The notes below the pieces were generated by a model, which was not told the origin of the DNA, did no database searches, and worked only from the letters and a program-made list of their open reading frames with translations. The translations under genes and the position numbers were made by a program. From Octopus sinensis (Eukaryota), in contig NC_043013.1 in assembly GCF_006345805.1 (NCBI RefSeq), positions 35,464,001 through 35,528,000 of the forward strand: a stretch of DNA of 64,000 nt. The letters are read 5' to 3'. Positions 50,596 to 63,870 of this stretch are shown piece by piece; the stretch's first letter is position 1; every line of letters starts with the position of its first letter.

Positions 50596-52005
50596 GGGGA
50601 AAAACATTACCTACCACTAACATTAAGGCAGTAACACCAAATAATGTCACAGTAGAATAAATTATAATCACAGCAACAAAATACTGAACCTGTTTCAATA
50701 CACACCAAAAGCATTAATATTTTTGACAAAGGCAGAGTTGTTTTTATGTATATGTTTGTGAGTATAAAGTTACACATCCTTTATTATTTAATGTGTATAC
50801 TTACATGCTTACACACAAAGTCTGAGTGCCAAATCTTTATGTCCTGTGAGATAGTTTAAACCTAGACAGTACTGAAGGAACGTAATATTGCTTTACAAAC
50901 TATAATTCCTCAGTGGAATTGTTCCAAAGTTTCTGAAACAAAAGTAAAGTTCTTCAATAATGGTATCGCCCCTATATGTACCAAATCCTGAAACTAGATA
51001 TAAATTGATTCCAGCTTTACTACTCTCTGACCTTTGAAGAATTTTCATCTAGTTGAAATATACCAACTGTCTCGGAATGATAAATAATTAGAGACTGGGA
51101 GAATGGTAAACACAGAACCAGAGCAAAGATTGAATGTTGTAGTTTGGTATGGTATGGTGAGAAAAGCTGAAAAATGGCTAATTGCTAAAGGGCAGAAGAG
51201 CAGAGTGTAAGAAAGAAGCAAGCAAGGGAGAGGGTGGTAGGTGAGTTGGGTGGAAGGCTTGGAGATCTCAAATGGAATCATTCAGGTAGAAAAAGAGAAA
51301 GAGGAAATGATCAAGGAGTCGAGGAGTGTGGTTAAGGGATGAATATCTCTCAACACAATACAAGTATTCTCATTAGGAAGCTGGCCCACCAATGAACTGA
51401 ATCAAAGAGGAAGGAAATGAAGCTAACAGTAGGTAAGTAGATAAATAGACGGGAAAAATTAATTGAATAAATGGGTGCATGTAATTCTGCCGAGCTGATT
51501 AGACATTGCAGGTAATTACTCTCTTATTAGCAGTGCCAATTTCTTGGATTTCATCATTAAACATCTCCTGCAGGCTGATGCAGCCATTTTCATGTCACAG
51601 TCGTTGTAATGAGTTGAGTGACTTGGCATTGGTTAATCAAATAACTGAAAGTCCAAGTGTACAGCAATGATTCTTGTGCCGTTTCTATAATATTTGCAGA
51701 GCGGCATGCGAATGTTAAAACAACATATGAAATAGAAACTAATCATTTAATTCTATCACAGTTGAATTACACAGAACTGGTGACTTTCTGATTAAGGATT
51801 TGAAGTTTTTACAATTCTTCATGCTACCAGTTTCAAAGACTTATTATTTGAATTAAGGATCTTAGGTGAAGATATTGGTCAGATAGAGTTGTATTCTGTT
51901 AGAAATTTTGCATTGCTTTCTTTTTCTTCTTCTTCTTCGTTGGTTTAAGTAGAGTGGTATCCACAGATTTCCGAACTTCCTACTGGAATGATACACACAC
52001 ACACG

Positions 52006-52090
<85 letters not shown>

Positions 52091-52276
52091 GTAGGTAGAT
52101 AGATACATACATGCATACCTACATACATATATACATACATACACACACACACATACATATATACGTTGATAGATAGGTAAATAGATACACAGATAAATAG
52201 TCAGATAGAAGGATAGATAAACAGATAGATAGACAGACACATAGACAGATAAATAGACAGATATATATATATATAT

Positions 52277-52320
<44 letters not shown>

Positions 52321-52659
52321 GGTTTAAGCAATTAATGCTCAATTTTAATTGTTGGTAATGAGTATTTGAGGAGAATGGGAGTTCCATAAGGTTGCAGCTC
52401 TAAGAAAAAAATGTGGATAAAGTGCTTAGTTTGAAAGGATACATTTCTATGAAAGTAGTAGAGATTTGTTATGTTCAAAACAACAAAAACCATACAGAGA
52501 AGACAATTCAGCTATGGCCCAGTGGCTGCCGAATGTATTCTTCAATATTGCATACTGTAGAAACTCAATCAAGATTTATTCTCTATCATTTATTTGCTTC
52601 AGTCGTTAGATTGCACCCATAAGGGAGAATTGCTTTGAAGAATTTTTGGTTGAGTGAAT

Positions 52660-52807
52660 CAACACCAGAACATTTTTTTAAGCCTGGTACTTGTTCTATC
52701 TTTCTTGTTTGCTGAACTGCTAAGTTAAAGGAATGTAAACACACCGACACTGGTTGTCAACTGGTGGTAGGGATAAACAGTGATATAGACAGACAGACAC
52801 ACGCACT

Positions 52808-52841
<34 letters not shown>

Positions 52842-53001
52842 ACACACACACACACAAACCCATACATACAATGGGCTTCTTTCTGTTTCTGGGAACCACA
52901 TCCATTCACAAGGCTTTGGTCAGCCAGAGGCTATAGAAGATGACGCTTGCCGAAGGTGCCACAGAATGAAACTGAACCTGGGACCATATGGTTGGAAAAG
53001 G
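52660..53001 (-). mobile_element. SINE family A, diverged
   Basis: Reverse complement of tail + CA tract + head. Confidence 0.7.
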
Positions 53002-53577
53002 TCAAGCGTCTTTTACTGTACTGTAGATGGGTCTGATAGATAGAAACTATGGAAGCCTGTTGTATGTGTGTATTGTGTTTGTCCTCCTACCATTGCTTAA
53101 ATACCTCTAACTTAGCATTTGACACAAGAGACTGATAAAATGAATAACAAAAAAAGCAGACCCTTAAATACTGAGATTAATTTGTTTGACTAATCTCCTT
53201 GAGGTTGTGTCCCCAGCATCGTTGCAGTCCCATGCCAGTACTTCATCAGTTACATTGAAGCTTCCAGTTGATTTCATCAACAGTACAGCCTGCTCTTGAA
53301 ATTAACTTGCAAGTGGCTGAGTACTCCACTGACATGCGTACCCTTAACATAGTTATCAGGGAGATTCAGTGAAGTACAGAGTGTGACAAGACTGGCCCTT
53401 TGAAATACACGTACTACTCATTTTTGCCAGCTGAGTAGACTGGAGAAACGTGAAATAAGGCACACACACACACACACACACACGCACACACACACACACA
53501 CACGCGCACACACACACACACACGCTCACACACGCACACTCACACACACACACATACACATATACACACATATATAT

Positions 53578-53742
53578 GACAGGCTTCTTTCAGTTTCCGT
53601 TCACCAGATCCACTCACAAGGCTTTGGTCGGTCTGCGGCTATAATAGAAGTCACTTGCCCAAGGTACCACACAGTGGAATTGAACTCAGAACCCTATGGC
53701 TGGGAAGCAAACTTCTTACCACACAGCCACGCCTGTGCCTAT
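53578..53742 (-). mobile_element. SINE family A head
   Basis: ggcttctttcagtttccgttcaccagatcc..cacagccacgcctgtgcctata. Confidence 0.82.
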
Positions 53743-54260
53743 ATTGCCTGTTTGTGTGGAATTCTGTGACACTCATTTCTGCTATCCAGTTTGTTCAGAA
53801 TTTCTTCCAATTTTCCACTTGGGTAGTCCTAATAAACAAAATAATACGTGTTATGAAGTAGAATAACATAACGCTTGTAACAACTTTTAAACCTTAAATC
53901 TTTTAGCTTTCAAAACCCATCCAAATCCAGCTGTCATAGTGACGGTGCCTGTTGTTCAAACTGGTTATATAGCACCCTGTTGATGCATTACTTTTGAGAG
54001 AAATGGTGCATGAATTTTAAGTTAACTACTCTGCCATCCCAATGGCTTAATGACAGCTAGATAAGACATTTGACAGCAGTTCTAGCATAAAATAGCAGTT
54101 TATCCTGATGATAAGTAGCTTACTAAATTACTAAGTCCATCCGCTTTACAATCGCATTCTTATTTGAACAGAAGAGCCTTAGTATCTTATTTTTTATCAG
54201 GGTTTCTCAAAGCAGGATTTGTTTACAACATATAAATACATATACATAATATATACATAC

Positions 54261-54307
<47 letters not shown>

Positions 54308-54914
54308 GTATGTATGTATGTCTTCCTTCAAGAGAAGATAAAGCAGGAAATCTCCATTACTGCTAAAGATTCAAATTCAAATTCACAACTAAAAGATCAA
54401 TAGTTTATTCTATCATTGAATTACCATTTTAGAAACATGAATCAGTGAACTGGATACTATAAAACTCAGAAATGTGAGGCACTGAACTATGTAACCTTAG
54501 GCTTCTGTGCTACCATTTTAGCCTTGCACCAACTCAACTGCTTCTAATGAGAAGGAATTATATGAATGATGATAATGATGATGATGATGACGACGACGAT
54601 GGCGACGACAACGACGATGATGACAATGAAGATTTCATCTGTTATTCTCTCACTTAACTTTCATATTACTGTCCACTGGATTATATGATGCATTGATTTA
54701 AAATGCCACTTAGATGACATATTTATATATATATATATATATATATACTAGTATCCAAAATACGGCATATATATGCTTTGTGGAGACTGAGAGGGAGTCA
54801 TGGACAAAATAGCAGCCGACATAACAAAAACAGGAATGCAGGCAGGTAAAAAGATAAATATGTGAGGAGACAGACTGAAAGTTGGATAAACACACCTACA
54901 TATATATACATATG

Positions 54915-54961
<47 letters not shown>

Positions 54962-56535
54962 GTACACATAATATACAGTTATATGTGGGAAGGACAGAGA
55001 GATAGAAAGAGAGAGAGGGGTGGAAGAGAAAGGGTAAGAAAAAGTAAGAGAGATGGAGAATGAGATATGGCTGGAGAGTAAAAGATGAAGATAAATTGTA
55101 AGTAAGTGAAAGAAGAAGGAAAAGTGAGAGCGAGAAAGTTACACATAAATAAATAGGAAAATAAATTCACTCGCACACACATACACACACATACGCTCGC
55201 ATACGCACACACACAAAGACAATCACATACAAATAGAAAGTGTGAGAAAACATTACTATAATAACAATAACAAAGCATTGTATGGAACAAACAAAACAAA
55301 AAATCTCAAATAATAGATTTGTCTATGATAGTAGCTCCCTCTTAGCTAGAAAGATCCATTCTCTCTAAAAAAGAACAATTATCTATTTTTCTGGTATTAA
55401 TATCAATTATGTATCCATCATCAATTTTCCTCTTTCTTTTCTTTTATTATTTTGTTGCCATTGTTGTTCGTTGTTGGTTTTGTGCTTCTGTGGAAATATC
55501 TTGCGGGTATTGATAACTTAACAATGCCTCGATGTAATCCACTTTTGATTTCAGATAGCGCAATCTATGAAATCAGGTTTCAGATTCTAGAGCAGCCATT
55601 GTTGCTGTTGGCATCGACTCCAGTTTCATTAGTGGAGATGGCCCAAGCAAAACAAAAACACTAATAATAATGATAATAAAAAAAAAGAAAGAAAGAAAGA
55701 AAATCAACAACATCTACGTTTTTTATTGTCTCCTCCACCATAACATGATGGTTATTCGATACAAAAACATTGTTGATGGTTTCAAAATGCAATACATACG
55801 TTTATTTCGTTTTGCTAATGAAAGAAGGAAAAAAAATTGCATTGTTTCTCATTTGTTGCCACTCTTTATCATTATTCTTGTTGTTATTGCAATTCTTCTC
55901 GTTGCAGCAGAAGAGCCATCTATAATTGGTCATTGCTGTTATTATTGTCATTATAGACTTTCTCTGCCATCGTCATTACTACCGTTGTCATTACCATCAT
56001 CAATGTCATCATTTTCATTGTTATTGTTGGACAAGTATGTACACAAATAGATTAATAAAAACAGATAGACATAAATATCATACCTAATTTCTTACCTATA
56101 CCACCACCATAATCGTTAGCATTATCAAGTAGTTAGCAGCAGGATTATAAATACCATTCCTATTATCTTATTCATCATCACCATCATGAGTAAAACCATT
56201 CACATCAGTGAAGAGCAGTTTTCTTGTTAGTGCCATTCCTATGTCTTAAGATTTTCTCTCTGCCTTGCCAACAATATTATAATCACAGACATTGATCATC
56301 GGAGTATCACAAGCCTTAGAAAGAGCCACTATATGGCTATTCAATCTGTTCCAAAAGTCATGGAATTTTTCCACAAGAAACAGTTCGATCTCTAAAATAT
56401 ATTTCAAGTACCAAACATTTCACTGTTTTTGCTTTAGAAACCAAGAGTTTTTGCAAATGATGTCTGACAAAAGTCACTGGAGTACATAGCCAAATGTCTT
56501 TGTAGCAAGACCAATTTGCATTCACCACCACCCCC

Positions 56536-56570
<35 letters not shown>

Positions 56571-57488
56571 TTAATGTCTGCTTTCCATGCTGGCATGTGT
56601 TGGATGGTTTGATAGGAGCCAGCAAGGCAAAAGCCTGCACTGGACTTCTGTGACTGTTTTGGCAGGATTTTTGCTGCACAGACCACCTAGCAGAGTGAAC
56701 TTAGTGCTTTTTACATGACACAAGCACATTTAGAACCATTAAGTTTGGGTTATACAGACTCACCCTGCTACTTTGTTATGATTGGCTAAAATACCTATTG
56801 AATCCTATGCTGTGATTAGTTGCATGTCGAGTGGTAATTGTATCAAAGGTCCAATCATGTTGCGTATAATATATTTCAAAAAATTAATTCATATGTGTCC
56901 TAGATCCCCCTTTTTTTCCATAAACTGGTGCAACAAATTATTTACGAGTCAGAGGGGTGAGAGCTTTCATTGAGGTGAGTTTTGTAGATCCTGCTGTCCA
57001 GAGGAGAATTAATATATAACAGAGCCCATACAACTAATGACAATTCAAGATGAATCATCAAAAAATGAATGAACGACAACCAACCCTACTTGTAATATTT
57101 CTTATTTTGAAGACAGCGACCTGGCAAAAACGTTAGCACACCAGGTGAAATGTTTAGCGGTATTTCGTCTGCCACCAATTCCACTAAGTTCGACTTTGAC
57201 TTTCATCTTTCAAGATCGATGAATCAAGTACCAGTTGTGTACTGGAGTCGATCTAATTGACTGAGAACCTCACTGGTTTCAATACCTCCCAAACTGAAAA
57301 ACATCTGGAAACTTTAGAAATACCCTACAAATTGAAAAAAACGGCATTATCTTGGTACTGTAGGTATGTTGCGTAAAGTACTCTCACACTGACGTCCTTG
57401 TTTTGACTTGACGGACAGTATGAACGCCCGGTAGATACAATATCTTCAATCAATAACATCATGATATTGGATACTGTGCAATGTCTTA

Positions 57489-57524
<36 letters not shown>

Positions 57525-57699
57525 TATAGTACTGAAAATTGCATTACTGGGCACTGCACACATCCTACACAAAACACTTTCAATACAGTAACCATAAGAG
57601 CATCACAGCAAACCACAGCACATACCCAAGGTACACAGAGCTGCACTCGGTGGTGAAGTGAAAGCACGGTATAAAAACAAAACTACAGAAAAATAATAA

Positions 57700-57733
<34 letters not shown>

Positions 57734-57883
57734 TGCCCTGGTGCAGGACCAGGCAGTGGCTCTCGTGTTATCATGTACATTGTTTTGTCTTGGTATAAAA
57801 GATGGGCTATAGCAAATATTCTGCACAATACTACAGATTTCCTTGTCAGATGTTTGACCCAAGGATGGCATGAGAAGGGAGGC

Positions 57884-58477
57884 TTTCTGGAAAGTTCCGA
57901 GGATGGTAAGTTCCGAGGATGAGACTTCCTGGAACATTCCGAGGACTACCTGGAAAGTTCTGTCGATGAAACTTCCTAGAAAATTCCGAGGATTTCATAA
58001 AAAGTTTCGAGGATGAGACCTGGAAAATTCCGAGGAATTCCTGGAAAGTTCTGAGGACGAGACCTCTTGGAAAATTCCGAGGACATCATGGAATGTTCCG
58101 GGAGTGGAAATTTCCGAGGATGTGACTTTCTGGAAAATTCCAAGGGCTTCCTGGAAAGTTCCGAGGGTGGAAACTTTCGAGGATAAGACTTCCTGGAAAG
58201 TTCCGATTATTAGACTTCGTGGTAATTCCGAGGAGGGGAACTTACTGCAAAGTTCCGAGGGGGGGAATTACTTCCCTGGAAGGTTCCGAAGAAGAATTAC
58301 TTTCTGAAAAATTCCGAGGATGGGTCCTGAGGATGGTGAGAAATTACTTCCTGTGAAGTTCCGAGGAATGCAAGTAATTACTTCCTGGAAAGTTCCGATG
58401 GGCTTTCCTGGAAAATTCCGAGCAGGGGGAAGAATTACTTCCTTGAATTTTCTGAGGAGGGTTACTTCCAGGAAAGT
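57884..58477 (+). repeat. Degenerate minisatellite, roughly two dozen units of (tt)cctggaaa(g/a)ttccgagg with variable spacers
   Basis: Direct reading of recurring ggaaagttccga / ggaaaattccga. Confidence 0.9.
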
Positions 58478-58489
58478 AGTCTCTGTCCA

Positions 58490-59225
58490 TTATCTTTTTT
58501 TCCCTGTGCCATGAGGACCAAGGATTCCTTGCCAGGCAGTACTGTCACATTCAACATGGGAGTCATATTCACCTATGAGTACGATTTTATTTGATTGGGA
58601 GATGTTCCAAAATGCATTATGCAGAGAATCATAGAAGGCATCTTTTATCTCTTCATCAGAATCGTGAGTTGGTCTATAAACGTTCGAAAGTGGAATTTTG
58701 ATTGTCATCAGGCGCTCGGTGATACAGGAGGGTACTCCAAGAATTTTCTCTAATAGGCTGTTCTTGATTGCGAAACCAACCTCATGCAAACGGGGCATCC
58801 CAAAGGGATGTCCTTTCCAGAAGGTATATCCACCAGCTTCATCAGTGAGGGAACCCTCATTGGAGAAATGAGTCTCACTGAGTGCAGCAATGTCGACGCT
58901 GTAGTGCTTGAGTTCCATGGCTACAATAGCAGTGCATCGTGAGGGTGGTCGTCGAGTGTCCGGTTCATTATGTGAAATGTCATCAAGGAGGGTACGAACA
59001 TTCCAACATGCAAGAATGAGGTTTGAGGATTTCTTATTCAATTTTGATGCTTAGTTTAGACTGCATATTTGAGGATGACTCACTGGATGCTGTTACCCAG
59101 TCGAGCAAGTAAGGATGAGCTATTTCTGAGCCACATTTTCTAGGCCCTTCCTCAAGTGGGGCAGGCAGTTCTATCCCTGAAAAGGGTTGCCTGGACACAT
59201 AAGCAAGACTACAGACTTTGCCTAG
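58490..59225 (-). pseudogene. RTE-clade LINE 5' end: 5' UTR + AP-endonuclease domain only
   Basis: LACWNVRTL, DIAALSET, GYTFWKG, VGFAIKN, ERLMTIKIPL, NVYRPT, FYDSL, LIGEYDSHV. The listed start is TTG; an upstream ATG (MQSKL) is out of frame. Confidence 0.88.
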
Positions 59226-59501
59226 CAAATTATTTTATTTGCTAAAATAAGTCTGAAACCATTGGTCCAGGAGTTAGATGGTAAATATTTTTATTTTTCA
59301 TTCCTTTCGAAATTTCATCCCTAATAGAGGTTTGGAATTTAACTGTCCTCTCTAGCATGCAAGGAATCCTATGATGGATACCTCTTATATGTTTAAATGT
59401 ACACTGTATTTATATATGTAGTCTATTGACTAAAATTTTACACTCTAGGCCACTGTTAATGGAAATTTCAAATATTTCTGATTACTCTTTGACATTATTA
59501 A

Positions 59502-59533
<32 letters not shown>

Positions 59534-60250
59534 ATGTATATGTGTTTGTGTCTGTGTTTGTCCCACCACTACCATTGCTTGACAACTGATGTTGGTTCAT
59601 TTGCATCCCTGTAATTTAGCTGTTCAACAGAAGAGACTGACAGAATAAGCACCAGGCTTTCAGGGAATAAGTGCAAAGGTCAATTTCTTCAATTAAAGGG
59701 TGGTACATCAACATCAAAATAAAATTCAAATGGAAATTGTAGTTGTGATACTCATGCCAGTGGCAAGTAAAAACCCCATCTGAATGTGGTCGATGCCAGC
59801 ACTGCCTTGACTTGCTTCCGTGCCGGTGGTACGTAAAAAGCACCAACCGATCGTGGCCATTGCCAGCATCCCCTGGCACCTGTGTCAGTGGCACGTAAAA
59901 AGCACCCACTACACTCACGGAGTGGCTGACGTTAGGAAGGGCATCAAGCTGTAGAAACACTGCCAGATCAAACTGGAGCCTGGTACAGCCTAGTACAGCC
60001 TCCTGGCTTCCCAGACCCTGGTCAAACCGTCCAACCCATGCTAGCATGGAAAACGGACGTTAAACGATGATGATGATGATGATGATGATGATCTAAAACA
60101 ATTTTCGCAGTAATAAATGTTAACAAAAAGAAACACAGCAATCAAATTCAACTTACGACATTCATTCATTCAACCATTAGTGACATCATTGAATAACTAA
60201 TACATATATACATGTACCTATATGCTAAATATACATACACACATGCACAT

Positions 60251-60287
<37 letters not shown>

Positions 60288-60738
60288 TCCAACCCATGCT
60301 AGCATGGAGAACGGACGGTTTTAAACGACGATGATGATATATATATATACAAGCACACATACATGTCATCATCATTCATCATTCATTTCCCATGCTGGCA
60401 TGGGTTGGACAGTTTGACAGTAGCAGGCCAGACAGTGAACTGCACCAAGCTCCACTTGTTTGTTTTGTCAAGATTTCTACAGCTGGTTGCTCTTCCTAAT
60501 GCTAACCACTTTGCAGAGTGGGCTGGGTGCTTTTTATGTGGAACCAGGACAGGTGTTTTTTTTTATATGGCACCAGCATGGGTACTTTTTATGTGGCATC
60601 AGCACAAGTACATCTTATGTGAGCCACCACAGGTGCTTTTTATGTGACACCAGTTTGGGTGCTTTTTACATGGGGTCAGTACAATGCTTTTTAAGTTGTT
60701 ATTATATATGTGTGTATGAGTGTATATGTAATATATAT

Positions 60739-60784
<46 letters not shown>

Positions 60785-60820
60785 TATTATCATACATATA
60801 TATATATATATATATATATA

Positions 60821-61013
60821 CGCCATGATAGATCGTTAACTCCTACACGCATTTTTTCTCTCCTTGTTTTTTTTCTGTGTATCTTTCTGTCAAAGAGTAG
60901 CTCGAAACGTAAAAGACTTGTTCTATTTCTATTCCTGAGCGCCATACTAATACATCTGTTTGTCTTGTACTCCACCTGCCTTCATCTTTTGTTTATTTTC
61001 GTAAACCTTCCCC
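60821..61013 (+). mobile_element. ~190-bp hammerhead-like element, independent insertion in (TA)n
   Basis: cgccatgatagatcgttaac...ctgtcaaagagtagctcgaaacgtaaaagac...cgtaaaccttcccc, with (TA)n on both sides. Confidence 0.8.
60882..60916 (+). ncRNA. Hammerhead-like motif with variant core inside the short (TA)n-embedded element
   Basis: ucuuu-CUGUCAAA-gag(uag)cuc-GAAAC-GUA^aaaga: 5-bp stem I, short stem II, palindromic ACGU stem III. The core differs from CUGANGA. Confidence 0.55.
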
Positions 61014-61073
61014 ATATATATATATATATATGTGTGTGTGTTGTGTGTGTATATATGTATATATGTATAATAT

Positions 61074-61108
<35 letters not shown>

Positions 61109-61111
<3 letters not shown>

Positions 61112-61203
61112 GGAGCGTTCACGATAAAGCAAAGACGAAGACAGGTGGTGTACAAGACAAACAACGTATTATTAGTATAATGCTCAGGAATTGAAAAGTC
61201 TTT
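61109..61203 (-). mobile_element. 3' half of the same element in inverted orientation
   Basis: Reverse complement is aaagacttttcaattcctgagcattatactaat..tacaccacctgtcttcgtctttg..ctccccc followed by (TA)n. Confidence 0.78.
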
Positions 61204-61662
61204 GTATCTATGTATACATGAGAGAGAAAGAAAGAAAGAAATAGAGATAAAGATAAACAGACAATAGAAACAGCAATCTCTCAACAATCGTTGGTGCTAC
61301 ATTCCAAAACCCCATGACAAGTGAAAATCTGCTAAGTAGAAACAGTACTGTACTGTATTTTTTAAAATTACTTTTATAATTTGCATATATTTGTTTTATC
61401 ATAAATGCAAACTAATACTATGAAGAAATTGACGTAAGCTTAATTAATAAACTGCGATAGGTGAACCGTGGTATGGTGAGGGATTACTGTATATAAATGG
61501 ATAGCTACACAGGTAGGTAGATAGACTGATAGATAGATGGATGAATGAATGGATGGATGGAGGGATGGATAGAGAGATAGAGATATAGATAGACTGATAG
61601 ATAGATAGATGGATGGATGGATGGACAGACAGATGAACGGATGGATAGACAGAGAGATATGG

Positions 61663-61718
<56 letters not shown>

Positions 61719-61774
61719 GGATGGATGGATGGATGGACAAACAGATGGATGGATGGATAGACAGAGAGATATGG

Positions 61775-61837
<63 letters not shown>

Positions 61838-61909
61838 CAGATAGATACAACACACAAATAGTCAGATAGATAGATATGATTTGAAATGAACATAAAATGA
61901 AATGTAGAC

Positions 61910-63870
61910 ACACAAACACACACACACATGTACACACAAACACACACAAACACACACACATACACACACACAAGCATATACACATACATACATACATACA
62001 TACACATACATACATACACATGTATACACACAAACACACACATAGATACGTGCACACACAAATACACACACATACACACACACAGACAAACATACACTCA
62101 CATACATACACATGTATACACACATGCACACACGTACTCACATGCACACGCAGACATAAACAAGCATAAACATACATACACATGTATACACACAAACACA
62201 AACACACACATGCACACACAAACACACACACACATAAACAATCAAACACACACATACACATGCATACACACACACACATGCACACACACATGTACATGCA
62301 CATGCACACACACACATACACACATGCACACAAACACACACAAACATGCGTAAGCACACAGACTAACACTCACATGCACACACCCATACATGCACACATG
62401 CACACAAAAACACACATATGCACACACACACACACAAACACACACACAAATACACACACAATCCCATGCAAACCCACACGCAATCACACACACATATACA
62501 CACACATACACACACACATACACACACAAACACTCAACACACAACACACACACACGGCACACACACACACGCACACTTCCATCATGCTCACCTAACCACC
62601 AATGTCTCTAATGCCACCGCCATTAACCCAAATGAGAAACTTTCGCATGAGGGCAGACTTAGCAGGTGTTCTGTTAAGTCATTCAATTCCGCGGACATGA
62701 CAAGACAACCAAAAAACGAAGTGGGAAGAGTCTGATAGCAAATCAGGCAACCCGACAACCCACAACAACAGCAACAAGTACAATAACAACAACAAAAATG
62801 ATGACAAGAGTGTAAAACAACAATAAAAGCAAGAAAGACCTGCAATTGAGATTAAGTAAAGTGTGTGATGACGGACGGGGACTCCCCTCCCCCTCCCCCC
62901 CGGTGCAGGGGGATGGAATGGTAGTTGCAATGACAACAAGCAATTGAATGTCTTGTGTTAAAGGTGGACAGGAGGTGGGCAGCGGGAAGCTTTCATCTGT
63001 CCAGTAAACAATAGGTGTGATAACCCAACATTATCCTGGACTACTTCAAGTACCAATCTTAAGGACAGCCAGGTGTGACAAAACCACTTGTGGTTACGTG
63101 AGTGCATATGTTAAGCATGTATGTGTGTGTAAGCATGTATATAAGCATGTAAGTGAGCATGTGTGTGTGTGTGTGTGGTGTGTGTGCGTGTGTGTTTGTA
63201 TGTGTGTGTGTAAGTGTGTTTATATGTGTGTGCGTATGTGTGCATGTAAGTTTGCTTGTATGTGTGTTTGTATGTGTGCATGTGTGAGTTTGTATGTGTG
63301 TGTATGTGTGTGCGTGTAAGTACATTTGTATGTGTGTTAATATGTGTGTGTGTATGTGCGTGTGTAAGTTTGCTTGTATGTGTGTTTGTATGTGTGTGCA
63401 TGTGTATAAGTGAGTTTGTATGTGTGTGTGTGTGTGTGTGTTTGTATGTGTGTGTGTGTGTGTTTGTATGTGTGTGTAAGTGTGTTTGTATGTGTGTGTG
63501 TATGTTCGCGTGTAAGTTTGTTTGTATGTGTGCATGTGTGAGTTTGTATGTGTGTGCATGTGTGTAAGTGAGTTTGTATGTGTGTGCATGTAAGTACGTT
63601 TGTATGTGTGTGTATTTGTATGTGCATGTGTGTGTAAGTGTGTTTGTATGTGCATGTGTGTGTGTAATTTTGCTAGTAGGTGTGTTTGTATTGTGCATGT
63701 GTGCGTTTGTATGTGTGTGTGTATGTGTGTTTGTATGTGCATGTGTGTGTGTGTTTGTATGTGCGTATATGTGTAAGTTTGTTTGCATGTGTGTTTGCAT
63801 GTGTGTGTGTATGTGTGTTTATATGCGTGTGCGTGTGCAAGTGTGTTTGTATGTGTGCGTGCATAAATGT
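61910..63870. repeat. Long CA-rich tract (61910-62575) and TG-rich tract (63105-63870)
   Basis: Direct reading. Confidence 0.95.

Noticed and set aside
57884-58477. CRISPR-like repeat-spacer array
   Set aside because: Eukaryotic context, degenerate repeats, short irregular spacers related to the repeat, and no cas genes.
59040-59225. HDV-like ribozyme in RTE 5' UTRs (also 36100-36160)
   Set aside because: Only partial elements are visible (GGC-UCCUUA-GCC at ~36107); the full nested double pseudoknot could not be built by eye. An RNArobo or Infernal search would decide.
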